DNA of 64,000 nt, from assembly GCA_964187785.1 (NCBI GenBank), contig OZ076409.1:17796001-17860000 (forward strand). The letters run 5' to 3'. Below, one piece after another: positions 53,201 through 64,000 of this stretch. Below the pieces are notes generated by a model. The model had not been told where the DNA came from. It worked only from the letters and a program-made list of their open reading frames with translations, and ran no database searches. This DNA is from Amphiscolops sp. MND2022 (Eukaryota). Each line of letters begins with the position of its first letter. Position 1 is the first letter of the stretch. A program made the position numbers and the translations under genes.

Positions 53201-56200
53201 GGTCCCCCTTTGGGTTTTCTGGCGCAAACACTATTACTGCAAACCGGATATAACAAACCGTTGAACGAATTCCGGACATAACGTTTCTCGTTTACGCTCC
53301 CAAAAGTAGATGGGAGACCAAACGGTACCCCCTTTGGATTTTTTGGCAACTTTTTCGGAATAACGTTTTCAAAGATCGGATATAGCGTTTTCAGAGTTCA
53401 GATGTAATGTTTTCAGAATTCAGATGTAACGTTGTCAAAGTTTGCATGTAACGTTTTGAAAGTTCAGATATAACGTTATTGAAGAAGTTTTGAAGTTTAG
53501 AAGTTTACATTATTGAACAAAAACTGTCGTTTTACTGAGGAGGAGGAGGCGTAGGATCGAGAAAAAGCGCTTGTATTTGTTTCAGCACGCTATATCCTGA
53601 CTTCTGAAGCGGTTTTCGAGCACAAAAGGCACCAAACATGATCTAAACAATAGTGTCGTAGTTTTACGGTAAAATAATAGGTCGGCTGTTTTGATGTTTA
53701 GTTTGACCTTTCTTCCCCCCCCCCAATGAAACAACTTTGTTGTAGTTTTTCGAGGTATTTCTACCCTAGATTAGTTTTTGTTACCTGATAAATCAAGTTT
53801 TTTTGAATTTTTGTTCAACGTTAACCTGTGGAAATCTGCTTTTTTAACGCTTTTATAATTTGTTCGCTCATTTTGTAATTCCAATTGTTTCTTGACGTTG
53901 AAGCTTCAAATTTTAAGGGTCTTAAGCCTTCCGAGGGGAAATGCATTCAGCAGATTTTGATTGGAAGTTGTGATGTGACCATTTTGGTGCTCTGCATTCC
54001 CCACACTGGTTGTTCATCCATAGTTGGGTTTTTCTGATTTTTCAATATTACTCTGGTTACGTTACGTAGTTTCTTCTATCTGTTGACTTGTTTCAGCCGT
54101 TCAGTGGGACGTAAATGTGCTCATATTTGCAATTCGTTTTTGTTTCGTATGAAGGGTTTCTTTTTTCTTCTCAATTTTTTTCAGACAGTACTCTCTGGTA
54201 GATTTTAGCGGCAGAGATGGGACCTTAAGGGCTATTGTTTCTAATGTCGCAGAATGTTTTTTGTTTTTGAATGAAATAAAGTTATACCAAAGTTATAACA
54301 CGGCTTCTTCTCTTTTACTTTTGACGTTTTCTTAAATTTATCATACAATATCTCGGAAACAGTTGATTGTAACAAGAAATGTTTGAGACAAACTTTATAC
54401 ATTCGATTCAGAGCTCTAAATTTTCGACTTTGACACTTTCCGGAAACGCTCTCTTTAAGAATTTACACCGCAAAATGATCACAAAATGTGAACTCATCAA
54501 TTTCCACTCTTTACAATTATTGTTTATATTGAATTACAACAGTTTTTGCTATATTTTTCAAGAAAGCAATTTCAGAGTATGTAATGAACATAAAAGATAA
54601 AGCTTGGTGTCAAAGCTAAAAAAAGATCCAGTATGGATGTGTCGCACGCAACGTGTATACAATAGACCATACTAGGCCAATAGCCCTGCCTGGGACACTA
54701 CCTTTATAAAAAAACAGAACCTTTCAAATACCTGTTGATATTTTTGAAACTTTATAATATTGCTTTCAATGTATGTTATTATAATTGTTATTTTCCGCCC
54801 ACATATAAAGGGGGAGGAAAATCATGATCTGTGTTGCGTTTTTTTACAACTTCTGCTAAATCGCCACACTCCATCACTTGACTATTTTAACTACTTGACT
54901 ATTTTACATCCTTACTTGACTATTTGGTTACTTGACCAATTTCCATTTTTCGTGACAAAATCTCCTTACAAGATCGCGAGTTCGAACGCGGGCTGATGCG
55001 TTTTTTAGCGGAAAATACCCCGGTGCTTAGTGGGCGTCTTGTTTCAATCATATAACATAGCACTTGAGAGCAAGCTATACCGACAGGCAGAAAGGAAAGG
55101 ATTTCAAATGTCTGCTTTCTCGGTAAAGATAGCATGGCCGTCACCGGCTCATCAGCCACTCATAGCGTAGTGCATATTTATTGCTTCTTTGTTGATTGTA
55201 TAGCTATACTGGTAGTTAATCAGGAAGGACAAGTGAGGCCAAAGTAATACAGTTGGTGTTGTTTATTTATCAGAAGGTGCTCTGCTTGAATAAAGCTTTT
55301 TCATTACCAATGTATTAATGGAATTGTTAATTGCGCTATGAAAGTCTTTTCCTTAATATGGATATCTTGGAAGGTCTGACATGGTGAGGTAGACAGAGTG
55401 ACCTAATGAATTTAGTGCACATGAAATGTTGACATTAAAAATGTTGTTGAAAGTTCCTTGTATGTTGCTATGCCTTACTAAGCCAAACGTCAATCTCCAT
55501 TTTCCTACCGCGGCAAGCATTGATAGTACCGCCTTCATAAATAGTTGTGACGACATTTCCAGTATTTAGAATGTTGTAGTGTTACTATTTTTAGTTGAGA
55601 ACTATTTTTAGTAACATGATCCTAATAAACTTGAGTGTCATGCCCATTTGAGTATATATACCCAAATCGGGCATTCGACCGAACAAGATTTTTCGATACG
55701 ATACGATTTAAGTTGCTTTTATTGTGCGTTGATGGTACAATCCGGTTGAAAGATTGAATTACAGGAATACTTTAAATATTTCCTCCTGTACAAGTATTCA
55801 TACGTTCAACAAGTAAACAAAAGGCCAAGGTTAAAAAGTCATGAGAGATGGACATTTCATCCGATTACGGCAACATGGACGTCATGAAAGGTGAAGGTAA
55901 TTCGAACTATTTGGGAAGAGAATTTGATATCAACATTAAGGGTAATGAGGGACAGCGTGACCTGCAGTCCTAACCTAACTGAGAGTTCATCTCAACAAAA
56001 TGAGGTCAGAAACATTGAGAATGGAAATGGATCAACTACTCAAGAGGGACTGTCAAAGTTTATCAAAACATTATCTGATGAGATGAACGCAAGGTTTTCT
56101 CAAGAAATGGGTTCAATAATGGACTTAATGCAGTCTCAGAGCAACAGGGCAATAAGTTCTGCTATATTTGATAGAGTCATACCTGAAATACAGAACATAA

Positions 56201-59200
56201 TGTATGGAAGTTTGCCTTTGAATCGAAATGTCCCTGAGCCGTGTACGTCCTTAACTGAGTATGGTATTGGTAATGCTTGGAAAACACAAACACAAAATTT
56301 ACAAAGAAGGACTCAAGGTCTTGTGATCTCAGAGAAGATACTTTATTTCTTACAAGTTGTTTTTCATCTAAGTAGATATTGGCTGATAGAGTTCAAAAAC
56401 TTCCAAAATTCCTCAATATATTACCATGTAATGATTTTTCCCAATCGTAGTTTTGTGGTGTTTTTCGTTTTTTTTTTACGAAATCACAAACACGAATCGC
56501 TTTTTTCAAAACATTGTTCTGCGATAATAAAAATAATATGAAAGCCGGAGTTAGTTATTTGTTCGGCAGTGAGTATAAGCATAAGATTCAAATTTCTCAA
56601 GCTTCCGACGATAACTCCATTCTCTAAGCTAGTGTTAATTATGCATTCGTACGCGGAATTCATTGGGATGAAGTGAATGAGTGTTAGTTATTCGTTCGCT
56701 GATGACTCGTTTGCATTCAAATATTCGTATACACTCTGTAGTTATATTGTTTTAGTCCGAAAAGAACGAAAGGTTGTGTAAACTGGTACAGTGAGTAATT
56801 CTGCGCTATATAATGAATAAACAGGAGTGTATAGTTATTCCAGAAATGTATTTATTATTGAGCATGAAAGCCTACGGTAGAAATAACACTGTGCTCCGCA
56901 TGGGCCTGTTTTCTCGAACTGTTTTGTTGAACCAACTTGGTGTTACAAGTGACCTCTCGAACCAGTAAGTACAACGCAAAGAGCATGTTCGGAAAAATTT
57001 TACTCAGACATTGCACGGGTTACCAATTTTTTCGTTCACCAATTTTGAACCTCGGACTACACTAGCATAATATTTATGCTCAACTTTAATACCGTCAAGA
57101 CTTTGTTTACCTTACGAGAAGGTTGCTAAGAACCGAATATTTATTTTCAAACTTTGGGGCTTCTGTCGTTTCAGATTCTCACAAATACAGTGTTTTACTC
57201 ACATTATCATATTTTGAAGACAATCCGTTGTAAAACACTTCGAAGCAGGTGTTGTTGTCAGAAGTCCCGTCATCCGCGTCAAATGGATGCTGCCAATCAT
57301 ACTGAATGTTGTGAGATCCATATGAACCGCATTCAATATTGGTAACAGGTTCGGGTCCTAGAAAATCACTTGAGTTATTAGCAGAATCCATATGCCTTTT
57401 CTGGTGAGAGCATGATTGAGCTTTGCTTGATCTAGAGTGATTTCATATGACTAATTGGTTTGCATTTTGAAAAAAGAACAATTTGCCATCAATTTTATAC
57501 ACTTCGAATACATATCGAAAAAGAAACGTCGTTTGAATATGCTCACTCTTAAATAAAATTGCTTGGTATTTCTGCATGTTCTTCAAATTTGACAACAAAT
57601 TTTATCACGGTTTTCTAAAACTCTCTCGCAAACGTTCATGCAGAAATTATTTCGACTTCTATCAAGCTATTTGAAAGAATCATTCTAAGATTGGAGGCAA
57701 TTTTAAGACTGGAATTTTAGCATGTTTCAATTAAAGAATTCTCAAAAGAGTTTTCTTAAGTTCATTTTCAATGCAGAATAACTTCAGTTATGTGAAATGT
57801 TTCTGAGGACTTTTGAACACTGTGAACTGTGCGAAAAACATTATTGAGGCTGAAAAATTTGGGATGAAAAAGCAATTGACAAAAAGTCACTATGATTGTC
57901 GACACTATGTTGCATGTTGGATAATACGTTATGAAAATCTTTTCCACAGTTCATTTTCAGTCCAAGTTTCTGGGGAAAAGTGCTGGATTCAAAGTTTAGC
58001 AAACACAACCAAGTCTTGTAGCGTTTCTTCATCAATCAAATTTGCTTTACAAGAAGTCCAAAAAAGCTCGATTGGAAATCTTTGCATAAAATTTCTGATT
58101 TAAAAAATGAATTTCAAAACATCGACTTTTTAGAAGTTGAAAAGCAAAGTATTTGGGTCCTTCCTGGACTGTAGGTTTCAATTCTTCAAGAGATGATGGA
58201 AATTACACTGTCAGCATATTTCGCGGACCTTTGTACCCTGTACATGTAACGCCAACTGTGGACACATCGAAACTTTTATATTTCAACAAAAATTCGTTCA
58301 GAAATGACGTGGCCAGAACGAGCATGTTTCGTCGAAGTACCTGCCAGCAAAACCAGAGAGAAAAGCAAAGAAGCTGCCCCGCAAGACCGAGAACGACTTA
58401 CAACACCGTAACAGCTAAAAAAAGTGCCCAACCAAGGTGTACTGCCATAAAATTGAAGCTTGTCACCACGTTTGGTAGTGAAAACCCGAGTTTCTGTCTG
58501 TTTTAGTTTTATTGGTCTACACAAATCTCTCAAAAACACCAGAAATTTTTCCACTTTTGAAAATAATGATGGCATGTTTGGTTGAATGCTGCATATAGAA
58601 CGTTCCAGCAAAGCGTTTCATTTTCGAAATACTAACTTGTACAAGCGAAAGCTTCAGAAAAATCTCTTGTGTCATTTTCGTATCCGTTCAGTTTGGTTAT
58701 GATGGCGCAATGGTAGATGGTAGATGCATCTAAGTTGTCGTACAAATAGGGACTTCCGAATTTGGTCATGTCGTCCTCAACTGTGTACCAACTTCCCCAG
58801 TCTCCGTCATTGGTGTTGGGTCTCTTTCTACAGACGAGTTCGAACCGCATGTCGTTCGTGTCCTGGCCACTGGCTGCCTCAAACTCTATTTGCAGCCTAT
58901 AGGGCATGCCTGCTTGATCTAGAGGCTCCATTTTGGTGATGGACCCCGCAGATGGGCCCGTTTTTGCAGAAGTTGTCGCTGATGTTGATGTCAACGTCAC
59001 AGGTGTACCGGTAGCTTCACAGACCAAGATACTGCGCACTGAAAAAAAGTCACCCACTTGTTTACTGCTTCCAGTTATCTAAAGTTTTTTACTTTCCATT
59101 GGGGCCCTTTTGCAATTTTTTATTGGGTTCTACAATTTCTGGATCCAATTTGTTACAATTAAGGACACTTTTTGAATTCGAAGGCAATTCAAAGTTTTAT

Positions 59201-62001
59201 CGATGTAATTTCAATGTGATTGAACATTCCTCTTGCGTCTTGACTCACCTTCGAAGTACACTGTATCCGCAAAGGGAATGTCTTCAATTTCGAAGTTGGA
59301 ATTAGGAAGTGTGGTCCAAGTAGTGGTGACAGAGTCTTTGTACTCGTAGGTCACTGTGTCTGGGTTGGCACTGTCGTCATACGTCAAAGTCACCGAACCA
59401 GTGGGGTGATTGACTGTCGCTGTCAGATCTGCCACTGGACACGGATCTGTAGAAAAAAACGATGATCAAACTTGTATAAACATCAAAAGTGTAGCTGATG
59501 TCCAGAATAAAAGCTAGAAAATTCAGTGAATTCCCGGTTGCAGGATCTCGCAGGATTGCACTACAGCTCACACTAATGCCATGAAAGTTGAAAACATTTT
59601 CCGGATCTCTATCGACACGATCACGTTGTATTCAACCGTTGATTCCTCAATTACTAATGTGACGTAAATCATCGCTTCTCAAATAACACGCTGGAGATGG
59701 CGCTTATGACGTGGCTGAAGGTACTCTGTATCGAAACGGCGGTAAATTTGGAGGTTCCTATGAAATTGACAACCATTTTGGACGATAGTCACTTTGTCCA
59801 AGTATCCAAAAACAATTATAGTACAGAAAGGTTTTTTCGCAAATTCCTACGTTCAGAATTCGGGTATTACCATTGATAAAAATCAGTGTTTAAGGTAATA
59901 AAATAGCAGTAGGGTCCAATATCAAAAACCTATTTTGTTTCGAGTACCTGAAAATACTTCCGAAGTATTTTCAGGTACTGAGTCAGTCTGAGTCAGTATC
60001 GGAACGTTTTTTACTGTTATAAAAGAAGGAAGCGAAATATCTAATTCTCATCATGACGTTTGACACCTTCAATTTGTTTGCAATTATAGTAATAAAACTG
60101 GAGAACTTTTTATCCAATCTTTTTACTTGTAAAGGTAATTAATTCTATCAAGAATGTTCTTTTCGCTCAGTTTTGCAATCATCAAATGACTGAAAATCGT
60201 GGACAAAGATTAGTGGGTTGTGAACATCTTGACAATTAATAAATTGGAAAATATTGAAGGAAGTTTTGGAACAGAAAAATGATGAAATTGTTACCTCAAG
60301 CCAAAGGTTTGGTGCTAATACATGTAACTTTGCTCATCTCATTTTACATCAATTTAGATCGTAGTTTTTTTAAAAAAAGGCACGAATGAAAAAAAAATCC
60401 ACAAAACGTTTTGTTCAGTTTTTTCCGAAAAAAATTAGTGGTTTTCGAGTTTCTACAATAATTGCTACGACCGGACACGTTTGATTGAACAGATCCTAGT
60501 CAAGCAACTTGCGGGTTATCACACGATTTTCTCGAGAGGTGACTGTTTTGGCAAACAATAGTGCTGCTCACAGTTCCCACTAGTGTAGAACTAATACATA
60601 AAAAACCGGCAAAATTGTTTTTTCCAGCACCTTGATAAAGTCCAATGGAAACAGTGAATCATTTGCGCTTGAGTTTCGGAAAATCTCAATAGAAGTTGCT
60701 GGCAACTTAAAAGAACATGGGAACAGTTCAAGCTACTTAAACAAGGGACTGCACTAACCTGCACAATCACAGACTTCGTTGGTAGAGTCTTGATCCCACG
60801 TTCCAAAATGACCCTCGAATTTGACACACTCCTCAGAAGCACAGGTGGCGAATGAGAACACGTAAGGCACTTGATCTGAATTGATAGTTGTGCCCGATGT
60901 TTGTACGTCGCTAGACACACTGAAAAACGTGGTCGTGAAACTATGTCTGCTAGAAAAACCAATCACACAAAACCTCCCCACTTTCACAGGTTTCCGAGAC
61001 CCTTCAAGTTTTATCCCTTGCATCAAAGAATTACTGAAGTAGATGGTCACACCAATTGTGGTGGTGTGGTAATGAGGTAATGCAGTGAAAGCTCCCTAGA
61101 AGAAAGTTCTGTAATGCAGTGAAAGCTCTGTATGGGGTTTTGAAGAGATGCACTATATTGGAAGAAAAACAATGAAAAAGTGATATTTTTATGATTCACT
61201 GTTGAAAAATGATAATTTCAACAGTTAGAGCTACATTTTTTTACATAATCAACTTATACTGTCCGACATTGCATATCGATTTCAAGAGGAAACTGTTTTC
61301 CATGAAATGCGGTCATTCGAACTTTGCTTGACGAATGAAATTTTTTGAAACCATGACAGCCGGATGACCAAAAAACTGAAACATTGTGATCTCAAAAACA
61401 GCGTCAATACATACGTGAAAGTTGTTTCACTGTTTTTCTCGTTGACATCTATCACCAACGAGTCGGGAGTTCTTGCAACTTTGGTCAGTGCAAAATCCTC
61501 GATGCCTCCTTGCACTGTCACTGAAGACGAAGCAGAAGTCAGTATATCCCCATTGGCACACGTTCTCTCCGAAATGAGGCTGAAAGTGTGAGGGGTCAGC
61601 TCTGTCAGTGTGACATCTTTAGTTGTGTCACTCAAGGCTACTGTGACGTCACTGGCACCTGGTGACTTAATCTTGAAGTTGTCGGCTATTCCGCCGCTAA
61701 TGGGATTGGTAGCAGTCCACGCAAGTGTCACTGTGTCCCAGTCACTGTACGTGGTATAAGTGAACCCAGTAGGGGGTAGCTGGATTGTACATCCTCTCAG
61801 CTCCACCTCGTTCGACAACCCTTGTCTGGTAACTTTGAGGACAAACGTATACCCAGTGCCAGGACTCAGGTTTTTCAGGTTGATTTCTCCAAATTCTGCG
61901 CTGAATTTGTAAGATGGAGTATTTTTGTCAAAAATCTCGTAGGTGTGACCAGTCAGATAATCCCAAGTTACGTAAATCTCCGTTGTGCTGATTCCAAGAG
62001 C
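32252..62001 (-). CDS. Multi-exon type-I transmembrane protein with tandem fibronectin-III-like domains (5' end not found); exons ~62001-61415, 60949-60759, 59446-59249, 59038-58637, 57357-57203, 51110-50776, 48215-48052, 44170-43808, 43643-43365, 42930-42774, (42662-42566), 41533-41315, 39731-39505, (~39357-39294), 38430-38286, 32351-32252
   Basis: GT-AG, mostly phase-compatible exons; FN3 motifs (NLSPGTGYTF, GLDPGTRYNF, NLDASTIYH, IKWDPP, LKWTL); hydrophobic segment AAVVFFTIGVFVTAAAYAVLLLVGFWVF; Pro-rich tail ending GDI*. Two junctions are unresolved. Confidence 0.85.
33765..34298 (-). mobile_element. Helentron-associated (HINE/DINE-like) element
   Basis: Subterminal inverted repeat AGTCGGCGC / GCGCCGACT, an extra partial IR near one end, and a short hairpin plus CTTGTTT at the other end. 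Confidence 0.65.
34875..37611 (-). mobile_element. Probable solo LTR carrying a degenerate Gag-like N-terminus, interrupted by a DNA transposon
   Basis: TGTAATGG...CCATTAC ends; degenerate ORF MPTTRK*KKARKIRG...GELNLRISREM from 35447; no matching TSD seen. Confidence 0.5.
35912..37288. mobile_element. Non-autonomous Tc1/mariner-like element
   Basis: 17-bp TIR C(A/T)GTGCATCTGCAAGCT, TA on both flanks, internal direct duplication (~36380-36530 vs ~36782-36930). Confidence 0.8.
39822..39930 (-). mobile_element. tRNA-derived SINE-like repeat
   Basis: A box GGTGGCCCAGTTTG, B box AGTTCGAACC, tail ending GGCGTCTTT. Confidence 0.6.
40263..41190. mobile_element. CMC/CACTA-like MITE with a nested insertion
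   Basis: TIR CCCAGTGTAAAAACTCTTG, AA 2-bp TSD, subterminal TCTTG/CAAGA arrays. Confidence 0.85.
40606..40984. mobile_element. Mutator-like MITE nested in the 40263-41190 element
   Basis: TIR built from TTCAATTCGTCGAAC units; 9-bp TSD AGGTACACT (40597-40605, 40985-40993). Confidence 0.88.
41670..42097 (-). mobile_element. Helentron-associated (HINE-like) element
   Basis: Same termini and body as the copies at 33765-34298 and 63352-63883. Confidence 0.65.
44403..45022 (+). mobile_element. Helentron-associated (HINE-like) element, opposite orientation
   Basis: TTTTAGTCGGCG...GCCCGACT at the 5' end; GCGCCGAATTTAGACGTTCCCGTCTTGTT at the 3' end; shares internal sequence with 53530-53640. Confidence 0.65.
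48651..49084. mobile_element. MITE with GGCTCTTTT...AAAAGAGCC termini
   Basis: Terminal inverted repeats with C/G runs; body similar to 209-322 and 1313-1457. Confidence 0.7.
49245..49528. repeat. Perfect 284-bp palindrome (142-bp arms, no spacer)
   Basis: Arms are exact reverse complements about the centre GGTGAT|ATCACC (49386/49387). Confidence 0.95.
49660..49825. repeat. Two-copy tandem repeat, ~81-bp unit
   Basis: CCGACATA...TTTCATAATCGTGGGTGG...TTTTTATCC occurs twice. Confidence 0.85.
52921..53640 (+). mobile_element. HINE-like element with an internal ~20-bp tandem array
   Basis: TTTTAGTCGGCGC start; repeated GATATAACGTTTTCAGAGTTCA / CCGGATATAAC motifs. Confidence 0.55.
55197..56354 (+). 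mobile_element. Probable solo-LTR remnant with a Gag-like N-terminal ORF (left boundary uncertain)
   Basis: Degenerate ORF (...SDEMNARFSQEMGSIMDLMQSQSNRAISSAI...) resembles the one at 35115-35447 and ends near TTACA at 56354. Confidence 0.45.
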
Positions 62002-63351
62002 CTGAAACAGCTTTCTATTCAAATGTAATGTTTTTAGTGGGCCATTAACCAAGAAAAGGGGACCCTCCCTCTATGTTCGCAAAAGTTGTTTTTCTGTTGA
62101 AATTTTCTAAAGGAGGACTCTTTTGTAAGATGGGAAATTGGGGCCTGTTCTGGATTTCACTAACATATCTATCTAATGGACAAAAATGCGTGCACCGGAA
62201 TCCACTGCTTTTCACTGCCAACTGAGTTGAACCAATCGCGTCAGCTTATTTCAAAAGGTGGAATCAACTGCGACGCGACAGCATTCGTCAGTGAATTACG
62301 CTGCACGATTTCCAAAACTGCGGTCCACTGAATTCCACTGCAGATATCCAAAATACCCACTTTGGCACTGTAATGGATATTATTGGATAGAAAGAAGGGA
62401 TTTTTTTTAATTACTTTTTTGAACCCTAGAAGTCTCCTAAGAAAATCAAAACAAATAAGGAGAACGATAATAAACCATATAAAATTTTATAATCGATTGC
62501 TCACTTTCTTTTATATTTTGATAAATTGTTGAAGAAATGGCGGAGATGATGTTGTTGATCAATATAGTCAATATTTGTAACGTCAAGCTAGTGGTGTACA
62601 TACTAGAGCTGGGGTAATGCCTGGGTTGCCTTGACAGGAGACCATGGTCTTACTACAACGCTACACATCAGTTTTTGTCCCAAAAAGGGTCTCCTAGGGT
62701 GACTTCTCAAATGTCAAGGAGCCTTCTCAGTTAGAGCTCCGTGGCGACATGCCGACACTCTCAAATTCCGGACAGTCCCACAAGCATGTAAAAACAAATC
62801 CGAAGGTTCCTGCGTCTTCCTACATACTTCCTTGGTCCAAAAAAACGGCAATCAATTGAAACGCACTTTATTGACGAAATATGGTATAAATAGGGACCTA
62901 GCCGGTCAAATATTGCCATATCTCTAAAGTTCTGCAATAACAAGGTAGAATAAACACAAAAATAGCATATGGAACCAAAATTCAGCGAACTTCGTATTTT
63001 GGACATAGTCTGTATAAAAGTTGTGAATCCTTCCCGGCACTTTTCGGCATTCTTCTGGGGAATTCCTTCTGACTGGAATGTTCTTCTTTGATACACTGTC
63101 ACGGGTGTCTTCTGAGCTTTTTCCGTTTTTTTTAAATTCGTCAACGCTCTATCGTTTGAGGCGTGTGTCTTTCTTTACCGTCTTCTCGACTGATTTTCAG
63201 GTATGCTGAGCATGTCATACTTCGGATTTTTGAAAGTTCGAACATGTCCACCAAATGTACGGTGGAAATGTTGCAAATGCACCCAACACATAAGTGTCCC
63301 AAAAAAATCTACTATTATTGCATTACTCTGCCAACTGTCATGACTATTAAT

Positions 63352-63883
63352 AACAAGCCGAGAACGGCCAAAGTCGGCGCCATATCTAAGGCTCAAAGTT
63401 TAAAAGGGGGACCCTTCGGACTTTGTGAAACTCCAGCTGGTTGCAAAAAATTTGAAAAAAAATTGAAGAGGGGACCCTTTGGAGACATGAAAAAATTTCC
63501 CAAAAAAAATTTTTAATGAGATTTTTGAACAGTGTCACAGTGCCGAAAAATGTAAAAGGGGGGACCCTTTGCGATTTTTTGACATCCATTGTGTTGCAAA
63601 ATATCGAAACAAATGAAGGGGGACCCTCTGGTGCAATCCAAAAAACTTCAAAAAAAGTGCTGAAAAAAAGTGGGGCTAAGGTGTGTTTTCGAGGTTGTGG
63701 ACGTCTGTTTTGTTTTTTCTTTTCGTTTTGGACGCGCTTCTGAGGTTGGAGTTGTTGAGGTTTGAAGTTGTTGAAGTTTGAGGTTGTTGAACAAATGAAC
63801 AAAAAAGTGGACCTTTCGTGTCTAAAAAAAACTACCCACTGTAATAGTCGGGCACATTTTCTACTAAAATGCGCCGACTAAAA
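63352..63883 (-). mobile_element. Helentron-associated (HINE-like) element
   Basis: AACAAGCCGAGAACGGCCAAAGTCGGCGCC ... TAGTCGGGC...GCGCCGACTAAAA. Confidence 0.65.
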
Positions 63884-64000
63884 ATGAAACAGCTCCACTT
63901 ACGAAAAAAATGATGCAACCAAAATTGACATTATTTGAAACTTGCAAATAAACCTTGTGAGAGCGAGGTTGTGTAATCCTGTTTGAGTCGCTTTTGATGA

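Noticed and set aside
62761..63802. Upstream exons of the FN3 gene
   Set aside because: No FN3 or signal-peptide features; part of the region lies within a HINE-like repeat.

Overview
AT-rich, repeat-dense eukaryotic (animal-like) genomic DNA with spliceosomal introns; the species cannot be determined from the sequence. Main contents: (1) a 320-bp satellite built from a miniature inverted-repeat element (1-1072); (2) the last four exons of a small + strand gene of unknown function (5705-9324); (3) an 18.4-kb, minus-strand, decaying Ty3/Gypsy LTR retrotransposon (10758-29118; ~1.04-kb LTRs, GTACT target-site duplication, PPT). Its Gag starts inside the LTR, and between pol and the 3' LTR it carries an antisense gene of about 8 exons and ~1150 codons that resembles a catalytically dead hAT transposase; this is the most notable system in the window. 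The element was later hit by a CACTA-like MITE, a 2-kb tandem duplication, and a copy of its own host flank in place of the PBS. (4) A large minus-strand gene (32252 to at least 62001) encoding a type-I membrane protein with many fibronectin-III-like repeats. Its introns contain MITEs, Helentron-like elements, tRNA-derived SINEs, solo-LTR remnants and a perfect 284-bp palindrome. All exon models and homology calls were made by eye; no database searches were run.
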